From Actinomycetota bacterium (lineage in GTDB: Bacteria; Actinomycetota; Acidimicrobiia; Acidimicrobiales; Ilumatobacteraceae), in NCBI GenBank assembly GCA_046074785.1, contig JBJTOX010000071.1, forward strand, positions 1-59,515: a stretch of 59,515 bases of DNA. The letters are read 5' to 3'. Positions 43,359 to 54,052 of this stretch are shown here, one piece after another. A program made the position numbers and the translations under genes. The notes below the pieces were generated by a model. It did not search any database and had not been told where the DNA came from. It was given only the letters and a program-made list of their open reading frames with translations. Position 1 is the first letter of the stretch; each line of letters starts with the position of its first letter.

Positions 43359-44672
43359 ATGTCAGCAGAGAATCCAGTGGTTCGCGATTCCGATCTCGGA
43401 TTTCGCATGAACCGACGTCAACTCATTGCCGGCGCCGCCGGTGTCGCCGGTGCGGGCGCCTTGCTCGCCGCGTGCGGTGGCGACGAAGCAGTCGGCCCGC
43501 TCTCCTTTGGAGCGCGCACCGTCGACGAATCACCGACCAAGCAGTTGAAGGCACTCGTTGCTGCGTACGAGGCGAAGACCGGCAATACGGTCACCTACAA
43601 CGCAACCGAGTCGAATGCCTTCCAGAACAACCTCTCGCAGTACCTGCAGGGAACTCCGGATGACGCCTTCCAGTGGATGGCCGGCTTCCGCATGCAGTTC
43701 TTCGCCGACCAGGGGTTGCTCGTCGATCTCACCGACGTGTGGGACAAGATTGGTGACCAGTACGCCGAGTCGTACAAGATCGCCTCGACGGGCCTCGACG
43801 GCAAGCAGTATTTCGTGCCGCAGTCGTGGTACCCGTGGGGCTTGCACTTCCGCAAGTCGATGCTCGCCGAACTCGGCATTGATGCCGATGGCGTGTACAA
43901 CTGGGACGACTTCATGAAGATGCTCGACGGCATGAAGTCGAAGGGCCTCATTGGTTTCGCAGCTGGCAACAAAGGCGGCTGGGAAGCGATGGGCACGTTC
44001 GACATGCTCAATGCACGCATCAACGGCTACCAGTACCACGTCGACCTCTTGGCCGGTCGCGAGAAGTGGACCGACCCACGCACGGCAGAAGTGTTCAAGT
44101 ACTGGGAGATGTTGGTTCCTTACATGAACGACAACGTGCTCGACCTCGAGTGGGACGGCGCGATGCAGTTGCTGCTGCAACGCAAGGCCGGTGCCATGCT
44201 CATGGGTTCGTGGTTCGGTGGCAACTTCAAGGAACAGTCGGATGCCGACTACGAAGACCTCTGGATCATTCCGTTCCCGGAGATCAACCCCGAGCACAAG
44301 CGCGACACCATTGACGCGCCGATCGACGGGTTCTGTGTCGCGAAGAACGGTTCGAACAATGCCGGTGGCAAAGACTTCCTTGCCTTCGCGGGTGACATGG
44401 AAGGCGTGCAGGCGATGCTCGACACCGGAGTTCCGATGACATCGGCCAACAAGGGTCAGGACACGTCGACCTACGACGCGTTCCAGACGCAACAGTTGGC
44501 GGTCATGGGCGAGGCGAAGTACATCACGCAATTCCTCGACCGTGATACCCGTCCGGACTTCGCCGGACCAGTGGTGGGCCCTGCCTTCCAGAGCTGGTTC
44601 AAGAATCCGAAGGACGTCAACAAGCTGCTCGAGAGCCTCCAGTCGCAGTGGGACGCGCTCCCGCCGCTCTGA
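43359..44672 (+). CDS. Sugar ABC transporter substrate-binding lipoprotein (family 1 SBP) with Tat-type signal
   Basis: From ATG 43359: MNRRQLIAGAAGVAGAGALLAACGG (twin-Arg plus lipobox Cys), then a typical SBP_bac_1 body. Confidence 0.85.
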   Translation: MSAENPVVRDSDLGFRMNRRQLIAGAAGVAGAGALLAACGGDEAVGPLSFGARTVDESPTKQLKALVAAYEAKTGNTVTYNATESNAFQNNLSQYLQGTPDDAFQWMAGFRMQFFADQGLLVDLTDVWDKIGDQYAESYKIASTGLDGKQYFVPQSWYPWGLHFRKSMLAELGIDADGVYNWDDFMKMLDGMKSKGLIGFAAGNKGGWEAMGTFDMLNARINGYQYHVDLLAGREKWTDPRTAEVFKYWEMLVPYMNDNVLDLEWDGAMQLLLQRKAGAMLMGSWFGGNFKEQSDADYEDLWIIPFPEINPEHKRDTIDAPIDGFCVAKNGSNNAGGKDFLAFAGDMEGVQAMLDTGVPMTSANKGQDTSTYDAFQTQQLAVMGEAKYITQFLDRDTRPDFAGPVVGPAFQSWFKNPKDVNKLLESLQSQWDALPPL

Positions 44673-44722
44673 GGTTCCATCCTCAACGTCGCTAGCACTT
44701 CGCAACGCGAGTTGATCGGGTT

Positions 44723-45637
44723 ATGAGTTCGTCGGCGACGAGGCCATCACGGTCTCGTCGCCGACGTGCTTTTTCACGGGGAGATCGTCTCACCCTCGGT
44801 TTGTTCGTCGGGGTGCCGACGTTCTTGCATCTCGTTCTCGTCTGGATTCCTGCGATCCTCACGATCTTGTTGTCGTTCACGTTCTGGACGGGCATCAACT
44901 TCGGCGACATCACATGGGCCGGAGTCGACAACTACACCAACATCTTCACGAAGACGCCCGCGTTCTACGATGCGTTGCGCAACAATGTCATTTGGTTGGT
45001 GTGGTTCGCGCTGATTTCAACGCCCGCCGGAGTGTTGCTTGCCTATCAAATCGATCGTCAGATACGGGGCCATCGCTTCTACCAATCGGCGTACTACTTC
45101 CCGGTCGTGCTGTCGCTGGCAGTCACCGGAATCATCTGGAACTTTTTGCTGCGCTCCGACGGATTCATCAACGGCATTTTGGGTCGCGACATCGACAACG
45201 CCATCTCGTTCTTCGGCAACTACGACATCAACATCTACGTGATCATGGTGATCGCTTCATGGCGTCACGTCGGATACATCATGCTGCTGTACCTGGCAGG
45301 GCTCAAGGCAATCGACCCGACGTTGCGTGAAGCAGCAGCGATCGATGGCGCCACGGAGTGGGAGACGTTCCGCAAGGTCATCTTGCCTGCGATGCGCCCG
45401 GTGAACATCATCATCGTGGTGATCACCATCATCGAGTCGTTGCGCGCGTTCGACATCATCTACGTGATCTACGGAACGAGCGCCGGTCTTCCGATTCTCG
45501 GCGTGCTCGTGTTTCAGAACATCGCGGGTGAAGGTGCCTCGATGAAGGGTGCGGCGTACGCAGTCATTCTGTTCATGCTGTCGATTGGACCGATCATCGC
45601 CTACTTGCGCCAGCAGTTCCGTGAGGACGTGTCATGA
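44723..45637 (+). CDS. Carbohydrate ABC transporter permease (MalF/BPD_transp_1 type)
   Basis: Six TM segments. EAA loop: LREAAAIDGATEWETFRKVILPAM. Confidence 0.85.
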   Translation: MSSSATRPSRSRRRRAFSRGDRLTLGLFVGVPTFLHLVLVWIPAILTILLSFTFWTGINFGDITWAGVDNYTNIFTKTPAFYDALRNNVIWLVWFALISTPAGVLLAYQIDRQIRGHRFYQSAYYFPVVLSLAVTGIIWNFLLRSDGFINGILGRDIDNAISFFGNYDINIYVIMVIASWRHVGYIMLLYLAGLKAIDPTLREAAAIDGATEWETFRKVILPAMRPVNIIIVVITIIESLRAFDIIYVIYGTSAGLPILGVLVFQNIAGEGASMKGAAYAVILFMLSIGPIIAYLRQQFREDVS

Positions 45638-46500
45638 CGCAGACTCGCGGTAGTCAAGTGGTGAAGGACCGTCTCATCACGGGATTCATCGGAGTGTTCG
45701 CGGTGCTGTGGATCTTCCCGCTCGCGTGGACCGTGTGGAGCTCGTTCCGTCCCTACAGCGAGATTCGGGCACGTGGCACATTCTCGTTGCCAGAGCGATT
45801 CGGGTTGTTCAACTACACCGACGCAATCGACCGCATGGATCTCCCCACGTATCTATGGAACTCGTTCGTCATCACGGTGCCGGCCGTGTTTCTCACACTG
45901 CTCTTTGGCAGTCTGATTGCCTTCGTCGTATCGCGGTATTCGTTCAAGTTCAACGTCGGCATGCTGCTCTTGTTCACCGCGGGCAACCTGTTGCCAGCAC
46001 AGCTCGTGTTCATTCCGGTGTTCAAGATGTATCTGAACATCGGCGACCTCGTGGGTGACCGCAGGTTTCTCTTCGACTCGCCATTGGGTGTGGTGCTCAT
46101 TCACGTGGCATTCCAGATGGGCTTTGCCACCTTCGTGCTCTCCAGCTACATGAAGACCATCCCGAAAGAAATCTCCGAATCGGCTCTCGTCGACGGGGCG
46201 TCGGTGTTCCGCCATTATTGGAGCGTGATGTTGCCACTGCTTCGCCCGCCACTTGCATCGCTGGCGGTGCTCATGACCACCTGGATCTACAACGATTTCT
46301 TCTGGGCTCTGGTGCTCATGTCGACCGACCGCAAGCGCCCGATCACCTCGGCCTTGGGACGATTGACTGGAGAGTTCGTGACCGATTACAACCTGCTCGC
46401 CGCCGGCGCAATCATCGCAGCGCTCCCGACGCTGATCGTGTTTTTTGTCTTGCGCAAGCAATTCGTTTCAGGTTTGACCCTCGGCTCGACGAAAGGGTGA
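45634..46500 (+). CDS. Carbohydrate ABC transporter permease (MalG type)
   Basis: EAA loop ISESALVDGASVFRHYWSVMLPLL. The ATG overlaps the upstream stop (ATGA). Confidence 0.85.
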   Translation: MTQTRGSQVVKDRLITGFIGVFAVLWIFPLAWTVWSSFRPYSEIRARGTFSLPERFGLFNYTDAIDRMDLPTYLWNSFVITVPAVFLTLLFGSLIAFVVSRYSFKFNVGMLLLFTAGNLLPAQLVFIPVFKMYLNIGDLVGDRRFLFDSPLGVVLIHVAFQMGFATFVLSSYMKTIPKEISESALVDGASVFRHYWSVMLPLLRPPLASLAVLMTTWIYNDFFWALVLMSTDRKRPITSALGRLTGEFVTDYNLLAAGAIIAALPTLIVFFVLRKQFVSGLTLGSTKG

Positions 46501-46505
46501 GTCGC

Positions 46506-48635
46506 ATGGTGCACCTGGTGCACGATCGAGTGTCCGTCGTTGTCGATGTCTCGGGTGGAGTGCCGGCAATCGTGCACTGGGGTGCACCGCTGTCGGCGAC
46601 TGATGCAGCAACGATCTCTGTGATGACCAAGCGACCCGTGACGCACGGGTCGCTCGACCAGGTGCCCCCGCTGCAGATCGTCCCGCAGCACTCACTGGGC
46701 GTTCAGGCGCGTCCAGGATTGCTTGGCCATCGACCAGGCGGCCGTGATTGGTCGGCACGATTCAGCGCGTGTGAGGTTGAGACTTCGAGTCGATCAGTCG
46801 TCACCGTTTCGCATGATCAGATTGCCGGACTGCGGCTCGAGACCCGTATCGAACTCACCGAGTCGGGTGCCGTCCGTGTGGGTGCCGTAGTAACCAATGA
46901 AGGCGACTCTCGCTATCTGCTCGATGCACTCACCATCTCATTGCCGGTGCCGTCCGTCGCACACGATCTCACCACGTATTCCGGTCGGTGGTCGCGCGAA
47001 TCGTCTACACACCGACGGACGATGTTGCACGGCGCATGGACGAGCGAAAATCGGACGGGTCGAACGTCGCATGAATATCCACCCACGTTGTGGTGGAGCA
47101 CTGCCGCTGCAGGTGAGTGGTTGGGTGAGGTGTGGGGAACACATCTTGCATGGAGCGGTAATCATGCGCTGCTTGCCGAAGTGATGCCGGACGGACGCCG
47201 CTACACGCAACTCGGCGAGCTGCTGATGCCAGGCGAAGTATGTCTTGATCCGGGAGCCTCCTATTCGACGCCAGTCGTCGTGGGGGCGTATTCATCCGAG
47301 GGCTTTACTCCTGCGTCATGGATCATGCACTCACATGTACGTGATGCCGCGCGCGGAAGATTCGCCGGCGCATCGGCCACGATGTCGGCTGCGCCAAAAG
47401 TTCGAAAAGTGTTGCTCAACACGTGGGAGGCCACCTACTTCGACCACGACACCGAGAAACTGAAGGCACTCGCCGATGCGGCTGCGGTGATCGGTATCGA
47501 GCGCTTCGTGCTCGATGACGGCTGGTTCGGTGCGCGTCGCAATGATCGAGCCGGGCTCGGTGACTGGGTGGTGTCGCAATCGGTGTATCCGGAGGGTCTG
47601 ACACCACTCATTTCGCACGTTCGCTCACGTGGAATGGACTTCGGGATCTGGGTAGAACCCGAGATGGTCAATCGTGACAGCGATGTCGTACGGGCACATC
47701 CCGACTGGGTGCTGCACGCTCCCGACTATGAACCCGTGATGGCGCGGCATCAACTGCCGCTCGACCTCACGAATGAAGCGGCCTTCGCCCATGTCTTTGC
47801 CCAGCTCGATGCGTTGTTGCGAGAACATGACATTGCGTTCGTGAAGTGGGATATGAATCGTCCCCTCATTCACGCGAGTGCAGCCGATGGGGCAGCGGGT
47901 GCGCGCCGCCAGACGCTGGCGTTCTATCGATTGCTCGACGACTTGCGGGCATCGCATCCGCATGTGGAGTTCGAATCGTGCGCGTCCGGCGGCGGTCGAA
48001 TCGACCACGCAGTCCTCTCACGTGCGGTGCGTGCGTGGACGAGTGACTGCAACGATCCACTCGAACGTCAACGCATCCAGCGCGGCACGGGGATGTGGGT
48101 GCCCAATGAGTTGCTCGGTATGCATGTCGGTGCCCGTACCTCGCACACGACCGGCCGCTCGCAGAGCATCGAGATGCGCGCGATCACCGCGTTGTTTGGC
48201 TGGATGGGCGTCGAGTGTGATCCCCGTAAGTTGGCCGATCACGAGCGTGACGTGCTGCGAGAAGCGATCGCGCTGCACAAGCAGCACCGCGAGCTCCTCC
48301 ACAACGGATTGACCGTGCGGTTTGATCTCGGTGACGAGACTGCATTGGCACATGGCGTGGTTTCGGCTGATCGCACCGAAGCCCTGCTTGCGTACGTGCA
48401 GATGGAAACCTCGCCGTGGCTCGTTGCACCACGGTGGCACATCAACGGTCTCGACCCTGACCGTATATATACGGTGTCGTATCTTGCGCTCGGTCGCCTC
48501 GGCGGCATCGGCCACACCTTGCCCGACTGGATGACCACGCCGGTTCGCTGCACGGGACGTGACCTCGCCGTCATCGGGTTGCAGCCACCGAGCATGTGGC
48601 CCGAATCAGCCATGCTGGTGCGACTCGCCTCGTAG
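46506..48635 (+). CDS. GH36 alpha-galactosidase
   Basis: About 710 aa from ATG 46506. Motifs: ERFVLDDGWF, nucleophile context FVKWDMNR, and ESCASGGGRID. The upstream 96 codons of the track ORF overlap the permease gene. Confidence 0.85.
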   Translation: MVHLVHDRVSVVVDVSGGVPAIVHWGAPLSATDAATISVMTKRPVTHGSLDQVPPLQIVPQHSLGVQARPGLLGHRPGGRDWSARFSACEVETSSRSVVTVSHDQIAGLRLETRIELTESGAVRVGAVVTNEGDSRYLLDALTISLPVPSVAHDLTTYSGRWSRESSTHRRTMLHGAWTSENRTGRTSHEYPPTLWWSTAAAGEWLGEVWGTHLAWSGNHALLAEVMPDGRRYTQLGELLMPGEVCLDPGASYSTPVVVGAYSSEGFTPASWIMHSHVRDAARGRFAGASATMSAAPKVRKVLLNTWEATYFDHDTEKLKALADAAAVIGIERFVLDDGWFGARRNDRAGLGDWVVSQSVYPEGLTPLISHVRSRGMDFGIWVEPEMVNRDSDVVRAHPDWVLHAPDYEPVMARHQLPLDLTNEAAFAHVFAQLDALLREHDIAFVKWDMNRPLIHASAADGAAGARRQTLAFYRLLDDLRASHPHVEFESCASGGGRIDHAVLSRAVRAWTSDCNDPLERQRIQRGTGMWVPNELLGMHVGARTSHTTGRSQSIEMRAITALFGWMGVECDPRKLADHERDVLREAIALHKQHRELLHNGLTVRFDLGDETALAHGVVSADRTEALLAYVQMETSPWLVAPRWHINGLDPDRIYTVSYLALGRLGGIGHTLPDWMTTPVRCTGRDLAVIGLQPPSMWPESAMLVRLAS

Positions 48636-48646
48636 CCTTCAACCTC

Positions 48647-48949
48647 GTGCCTGAGGCAATTTCACGCGAGACCGTCGCCAAGGTGGCACGTTTGGCGCGC
48701 CTCGATCTCACTGATGCTGAAATCGAACGAATGACCACGCAGCTGGCCGGCATGCTCGACCACTTCCGTGACGTTGATGCGCTCGATCTGTCGAAGGTCG
48801 AGCCGATGAACCAGCCGATTCCGCTCACCAACGTGCTGCGTGATGATGTCGAAGCTCCGTCACTCGACCGTGACGAAGTGCTTGGGTCGGCTCCCGCTGC
48901 GCAAGATGGTCGATTCCGTGTACCGCCCATCATCGGGTTCGAGGAGTAG
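48647..48949 (+). CDS. gatC: Asp/Glu-tRNA amidotransferase subunit C
   Basis: About 100 aa from GTG 48647. Typical GatC sequence: ISRETVAKVARLARLDLTDAEIERMTTQLAGMLDHF and a C-terminal FRVPPI. Confidence 0.85.
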   Translation: MPEAISRETVAKVARLARLDLTDAEIERMTTQLAGMLDHFRDVDALDLSKVEPMNQPIPLTNVLRDDVEAPSLDRDEVLGSAPAAQDGRFRVPPIIGFEE

Positions 48950-48952
48950 TCG

Positions 48953-50377
48953 ATGGCTGCCCGTCGCACCGTTGTCGACATCGCCGCCGCAGTTTCGAAC
49001 GGCTCGCTTTCGGCCGCCACAGTGCTCGAGGAGAACCTCGCGGCCATCGACGCACGCGAGAAAGAAGTTCACGCCTTCAACCTGGTGACGGCCGAACGCG
49101 CACGCGAACGTGCCGCTCAAATTGACGCCGATGTGAAGGCTGGGAAGCAGGTGGGTCGACTTGCCGGTGTCACGATCGCCCTGAAGGACAACATGTGCAC
49201 GCGTGGCGTGGAGACCACATGCTCGTCGAAGATTCTCGCTGGCTGGAAGCCACCGTATGACGCCACCGTCGTTCGTCGTCTCGCTGACGAAGGTGCAGTG
49301 TTCGTCGGAAAGACCAATCTTGACGAGTTCGCGATGGGTTCGAGTACCGAAAACTCGGCATTTGGTCCCACCCGAAATCCGCTTGATACGTCTCGTGTGC
49401 CAGGTGGATCGAGTGGTGGCAGCGCCGCAGCAGTGGCTGCAGGTTTCGCGGCGGCATCGTTTGGTAGTGACACAGGCGGAAGTATTCGTCAGCCGGCGGC
49501 ACTCTGCGGCTTGGTGGGGGTGAAACCGACCTACGGCATGGTGTCGCGCCAGGGTCTCGTTGCGTTTGGCAGCAGTCTCGATCAAATCGGACCATTCAGC
49601 AGCACCGTTGCCGACTCGGCGTTGCTGATGGAAGTGATCGCCGGTCACGACCCTCTCGACTCGACCTCGATCCCGCAACCCGCACCATCGCTGATGAGCG
49701 TTCTCGACCGTGGTGTCAAAGGCATGCGCATCGGTCGCATCACCGACTTGCCTGAAGGTTCATCGCCTGACGTGCTCGCTCGACTGGAAGCGGCATTCAA
49801 GACTCTGCAGTCGGCCGGCGCCGAGATCGTCGATGTGGAGATGCCGTCGATGTCGTTTGGACTCACTGCGTACTACCTCGTTGCGCCCGCAGAGGCGAGT
49901 AGCAATCTTGCCCGTTTCGACGGAGTGCGCTACGGCCTGCGTGTCGACGCAAAAGATCTGAACGCCATGTACGGGGCGACGCGTGCTGCCGGATTCGGCG
50001 ACGAGGTGAAGCGTCGCATCATGCTCGGCACGTATGCATTGTCAGCCGGCTACTACGACGCCTATTACGGCAAGGCTCTGAAGGTTCGTCGACTAATTGC
50101 CGACGACTTTGCCAAGGCCTATGCAAAGTGCGATGTGATCCTCACTCCGACGTCACCGACGGTCGCTTTCAAATTTGGCGACAAGACGAGCAATCCGCTG
50201 GCAATGTATCTCTGCGACGTGTTTACGATTCCTACCAACCTCGCCGGTCACGCGGCAATGAGCGTGCCGTTTGGTTCAGGTGAAGCAGGGCTCCCCGTGG
50301 GAGTGCAGGTGCTCGCACCCGCCCTTGGCGAGGCGCCGATGTTTCGTGTTGCCGCCGAACTGGAGCGGTCAGCATGA
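48953..50377 (+). CDS. gatA: Asp/Glu-tRNA amidotransferase subunit A
   Basis: Amidase signature [34 protein letters not shown]. 474 aa, in gatCAB order. Confidence 0.9.
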   Translation: MAARRTVVDIAAAVSNGSLSAATVLEENLAAIDAREKEVHAFNLVTAERARERAAQIDADVKAGKQVGRLAGVTIALKDNMCTRGVETTCSSKILAGWKPPYDATVVRRLADEGAVFVGKTNLDEFAMGSSTENSAFGPTRNPLDTSRVPGGSSGGSAAAVAAGFAAASFGSDTGGSIRQPAALCGLVGVKPTYGMVSRQGLVAFGSSLDQIGPFSSTVADSALLMEVIAGHDPLDSTSIPQPAPSLMSVLDRGVKGMRIGRITDLPEGSSPDVLARLEAAFKTLQSAGAEIVDVEMPSMSFGLTAYYLVAPAEASSNLARFDGVRYGLRVDAKDLNAMYGATRAAGFGDEVKRRIMLGTYALSAGYYDAYYGKALKVRRLIADDFAKAYAKCDVILTPTSPTVAFKFGDKTSNPLAMYLCDVFTIPTNLAGHAAMSVPFGSGEAGLPVGVQVLAPALGEAPMFRVAAELERSA

Positions 50378-51861
50378 ACACCTCGGCAAGCGGTGTGGTG
50401 AACAATCCGTCGAGCGTGATTGCAACTGACGAGCAACTCATCGATGGTTGGGAACTCGTCGTTGGACTCGAAGTGCACGTTGAGTTGGCAACGAAGACCA
50501 AACTGTTCAGCGCCAGCGCGAATCGTTTCGGTGATGAGCCGAACACGCACATCGACCCCGTAACGCTCGGATTGCCCGGTGCCCTGCCGGTGCTCAATCG
50601 GCACGCAGTCGAACTTGCAATGCGACTTGGGTTGGCGCTCAACTGCCGTGTGCAGCCCTGCACGTTTCACCGCAAGAACTACTTCTATCCCGATCTTCCT
50701 AAGGCGTATCAAATCAGTCAGTACGACCAGCCGCTCAACGTTGACGGCTGGCTGATGTTGCCCGGAGACGTGCGAATCGGCGTGGAGCGCGCACATCTCG
50801 AAGAAGACACGGGCAAGTCGACCCACTTCGGTGGCGCCGAGGGTCGCATTCATGGCAGCGACTATTCGCTCATCGATTTCAATCGCGCTGGGGTTCCGCT
50901 CGTCGAGATCGTTTCGCGCCCCGACATTCGCACGAGTGAGCAGGCCAAACAGTACGTGTCTGAACTTCGCGCGATATTGCTCGCCGTTGGCGCTAGCGAC
51001 GCCAAGATGGAAGAAGGCTCGATGCGTTGCGACGTCAACGTGTCGGTGCATAAGCCCGGCACGGCGTTCGGTACGCGCTGCGAGATCAAGAACGTCAACT
51101 CGATTCGCGCGGTGGGGCGCGCCATCGACTACGAGGCGCGGCGACAGATCGACATCATTTCCGGTGGGGGAACCATCAAGCAACAGACGTTGCACTGGGA
51201 TGATGCGTCGGGACGCACCAACGTGCTGCGAACCAAGGAAGACGCCGACGACTACCGGTACTTCCTGGAACCCGACTTGGTACCGCTCGTTCCCGACTCG
51301 GCATGGATCGAACGTGTGCGTGCCGCTCTACCTCCGCTTCCTGCAGCACGACGCGAAACCCTGGCCAAGCTGACGGGCCAGGCAAAAGAGAGCGAGGCCG
51401 TCGCCGTGGTGGTCGAGCGTGGACAAGATTCCTATGTCGCCGAAGTCGCAAAGGTTGGTGGCGATGTGGCACGAGCCCTCGTCTACGTGCAACAGGCGTT
51501 TGCCGAAGAAACTGCTTCACCCCGGGTTCCGGTCGGTGACTTGGCCGCCCTCACATTGCTGGAGAAGAACGCGAAGATCACATCAACCCAGGCAAAGACG
51601 TTGCTTGCCGAACTCGTGGCCAATGGTGGTGGCGACGTCATCGCGATGGCCAAAGCAAAGGGCTTCGAGGCAATGGACTCTGGTGCACTCGAGTCGCTGG
51701 TTGATGCGGCGATCGCGGCAGACCCGGATGCGTGGGCAAAGTTCAAGGCTGGGGAACAAAAGGCCATCGGCGCACTCGTCGGAGCCGTGATGAAGTCGTC
51801 AAAAGGCAAAGCTGACGGAAAAGCGGTTACTGCGTTGCTTCAGGCAAAAGCACAATCCTGA
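50374..51861 (+). CDS. gatB: Asp/Glu-tRNA amidotransferase subunit B
   Basis: WELVVGLEVHVEL, KNYFYPDLPKAYQISQYD, AHLEEDTGKS, and a C-terminal YqeY-like tail. The start overlaps the gatA stop. Confidence 0.9.
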   Translation: MNTSASGVVNNPSSVIATDEQLIDGWELVVGLEVHVELATKTKLFSASANRFGDEPNTHIDPVTLGLPGALPVLNRHAVELAMRLGLALNCRVQPCTFHRKNYFYPDLPKAYQISQYDQPLNVDGWLMLPGDVRIGVERAHLEEDTGKSTHFGGAEGRIHGSDYSLIDFNRAGVPLVEIVSRPDIRTSEQAKQYVSELRAILLAVGASDAKMEEGSMRCDVNVSVHKPGTAFGTRCEIKNVNSIRAVGRAIDYEARRQIDIISGGGTIKQQTLHWDDASGRTNVLRTKEDADDYRYFLEPDLVPLVPDSAWIERVRAALPPLPAARRETLAKLTGQAKESEAVAVVVERGQDSYVAEVAKVGGDVARALVYVQQAFAEETASPRVPVGDLAALTLLEKNAKITSTQAKTLLAELVANGGGDVIAMAKAKGFEAMDSGALESLVDAAIAADPDAWAKFKAGEQKAIGALVGAVMKSSKGKADGKAVTALLQAKAQS

Positions 51862-51938
51862 ACTGCGCGCCTCGACGAAGGCTGCGAGTTGGTGCGCGCC
51901 GACAAGCCGACGAAATGCAACACAAGTAGCCTGACCAC

Positions 51939-53648
51939 ATGACTGCGCCGAAGGAAACGCGCGTCGATATCAAGCCGCGTAGTCGCGACGTCACTGATGG
52001 ACTGCAAAAGGCTGCATCGCGTGCAATGTTGCGGGCCGTCGGTCTTGGCGATGACGACTGGGAGAAACCGCAGATTGGCATCGCTTCGGCATGGAACGAA
52101 GTCACGCCATGCAACATGTCGTTGCGTCGACTTGCCGAACAATCGAAGTTGGGAGTCCGCGCCGCCGGGGGCGTCGCGCTCGAATTCGGAACCATCACCG
52201 TGAGTGACGGCATCAGCATGGGTCACGAAGGAATGCGCGCATCGTTGGTCAGCCGCGAAGTCATCACCGACAGCGTCGAAACCGTGGTGCACGCCGAGCG
52301 GTTCGACGGGTTCATCGGGCTCGCCGGTTGCGACAAGAGCATCCCCGCAATGTTGATGGCCGCCGCCCGACTCAATCTGCCGAGCGTCTTCGTCTACAAC
52401 GGTTCGATACTTCCCGGCGTGCACAAGGGAAAGAACATCGACATCACCACGGTGTTCGAGGCTGTCGGTGCATGTGCTGCTGGCACGATGACCCTCGACG
52501 AGATGACCGAGATCGAGCGGGCGGCATGCCCCGGTGAGGGTGCATGCGGTGGCATGTTCACGGCCAACACGATGTCGAGCATCGCCGAAGCACTCGGTAT
52601 GAGTTTGCCCGGGACTGCATCACCACCAGCCATTGATTCGCGGCGCGATTCTGATGCGCGTCGTGCGGGTGAAGCAGTAGTCGCCTTGTTGCGGCTCGGT
52701 ATCTATCCGCGCGACATCATGACGAAGAAGGCATTCGAGAACGCCATTGCGATCCTCAATGCGCTCGGCGGCAGCACCAACGCGGTGTTGCATCTCTTGG
52801 CGCTTGCCAACGAGGCCGGCGTCAAGTTGTCGCTCGACGATTTCAATCGAATTGCCGCGAAAGTGCCGCACATTGCCGACACGAAACCAGGTGGGCGATA
52901 TCACATGACCGACATCGACCGCATCGGTGGCGTGCCGGTGGTGATGAAGCACCTGCTGGACGCCGGACTGTTCCACGGTGATGTGCTCACGTGCACTGGC
53001 AAGACAATGGCGGAGAATCTTGCCGAACTCAACCCATCCACCCCGGACAATGACGTCATTCGCACGGTGGGCAACCCGATTCACGCCGAGGGCGGAATCA
53101 ACATCTTGAGCGGGTCACTGGCACCGAATGGTGCAGTGGTGAAAGTGGCGGGGTTGTCGAAGGACCAGAAATCATTCGATGGTGTGGCCCGTGTGTTCGA
53201 CGGCGAAGACGGCGCAATGGCCGCAATCATGGCAGGCGACATCAAGCCAGGAACCGTACTGGTGATTCGATACGAAGGTCCGAAAGGCGGCCCGGGCATG
53301 CGCGAGATGCTCGCCATCACGGGAGCCCTAAAGGGTGCCGGTCGGGGAGCAGACTGCGCTCTCATCACCGACGGACGCTTCAGTGGCGGAACGTGGGGTT
53401 TCTGCATCGGCCACGTTGCACCAGAGGCAACCGATGGCGGACCGATCGCTTTCGTGCGTGATGGTGATCGCATTCGCATTGATGTGCCAACCAAGCGACT
53501 CGACGTGCTCGTCGACGATGCGACGATGGCTGAGCGACGTCGTGGATGGAAACCGAATCCACCGCGCTACACGAGCGGCGTGCTCGCTAAGTACGCAAAG
53601 CTCGTTCAGGGTGCCGACACCGGCGCCATCACCAACATCATCGAGTAG
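51939..53648 (+). CDS. ilvD: Dihydroxy-acid dehydratase
   Basis: [51 protein letters not shown]. 569 aa. Confidence 0.9.
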   Translation: MTAPKETRVDIKPRSRDVTDGLQKAASRAMLRAVGLGDDDWEKPQIGIASAWNEVTPCNMSLRRLAEQSKLGVRAAGGVALEFGTITVSDGISMGHEGMRASLVSREVITDSVETVVHAERFDGFIGLAGCDKSIPAMLMAAARLNLPSVFVYNGSILPGVHKGKNIDITTVFEAVGACAAGTMTLDEMTEIERAACPGEGACGGMFTANTMSSIAEALGMSLPGTASPPAIDSRRDSDARRAGEAVVALLRLGIYPRDIMTKKAFENAIAILNALGGSTNAVLHLLALANEAGVKLSLDDFNRIAAKVPHIADTKPGGRYHMTDIDRIGGVPVVMKHLLDAGLFHGDVLTCTGKTMAENLAELNPSTPDNDVIRTVGNPIHAEGGINILSGSLAPNGAVVKVAGLSKDQKSFDGVARVFDGEDGAMAAIMAGDIKPGTVLVIRYEGPKGGPGMREMLAITGALKGAGRGADCALITDGRFSGGTWGFCIGHVAPEATDGGPIAFVRDGDRIRIDVPTKRLDVLVDDATMAERRRGWKPNPPRYTSGVLAKYAKLVQGADTGAITNIIE

Positions 53649-53657
53649 TGGTTGTCC

Positions 53658-54017
53658 TTAACGCTTGATGCGTTTCGGCAGGCGTGTGCCGACGAGGAGC
53701 AATCCGATGACGAGCGTGGTCACGATGATGAACGCCGCCGCGATTCCGTCACCGAAAGCGACTCGTCGCATTCCCAGCCCTACCACCACGGTGACGATCC
53801 ACAACACGACACCAGTTGCAAGGGAGCGAGGAGCGCGCCACGCCTTGGCTCCGATCCATGCTCCGGTCAGCGCAATCAAGAACGGTAGGGCGGTGCGGAG
53901 GGTTCCTTCGGCGTCACCCGACTCGCCGTGATTGCGTCGCCCGATGATGACGAACAACAGGATGCAGACGACATCGAGGATGTATCTCAATGTTGCGACC
54001 CGACGCATCGGGGTCAT
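53658..54017 (-). CDS. DUF3054-like small membrane protein
   Basis: 119 aa with four TM helices and the IIGRRNHGE motif after TM1, as I recall for DUF3054. Confidence 0.6.
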   Translation of the reverse strand: MTPMRRVATLRYILDVVCILLFVIIGRRNHGESGDAEGTLRTALPFLIALTGAWIGAKAWRAPRSLATGVVLWIVTVVVGLGMRRVAFGDGIAAAFIIVTTLVIGLLLVGTRLPKRIKR

Positions 54018-54052
54018 GAAGTAATCCGAAACCGACGCATTTGCGTCATCGA

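Noticed and set aside
43530-44705. A 391-aa minus-strand ORF covering almost the whole substrate-binding-protein gene.
   Set aside because: The translation is Arg/Val/Leu/Glu-rich with no motifs. The plus-strand frame encodes an unmistakable Tat-lipoprotein SBP. This is the typical high-GC antisense shadow frame.
50248-51195. A 315-aa minus-strand ORF overlapping gatA/gatB.
   Set aside because: It lies opposite canonical gatB motifs and has no motifs of its own. Its composition is typical of antisense frames.
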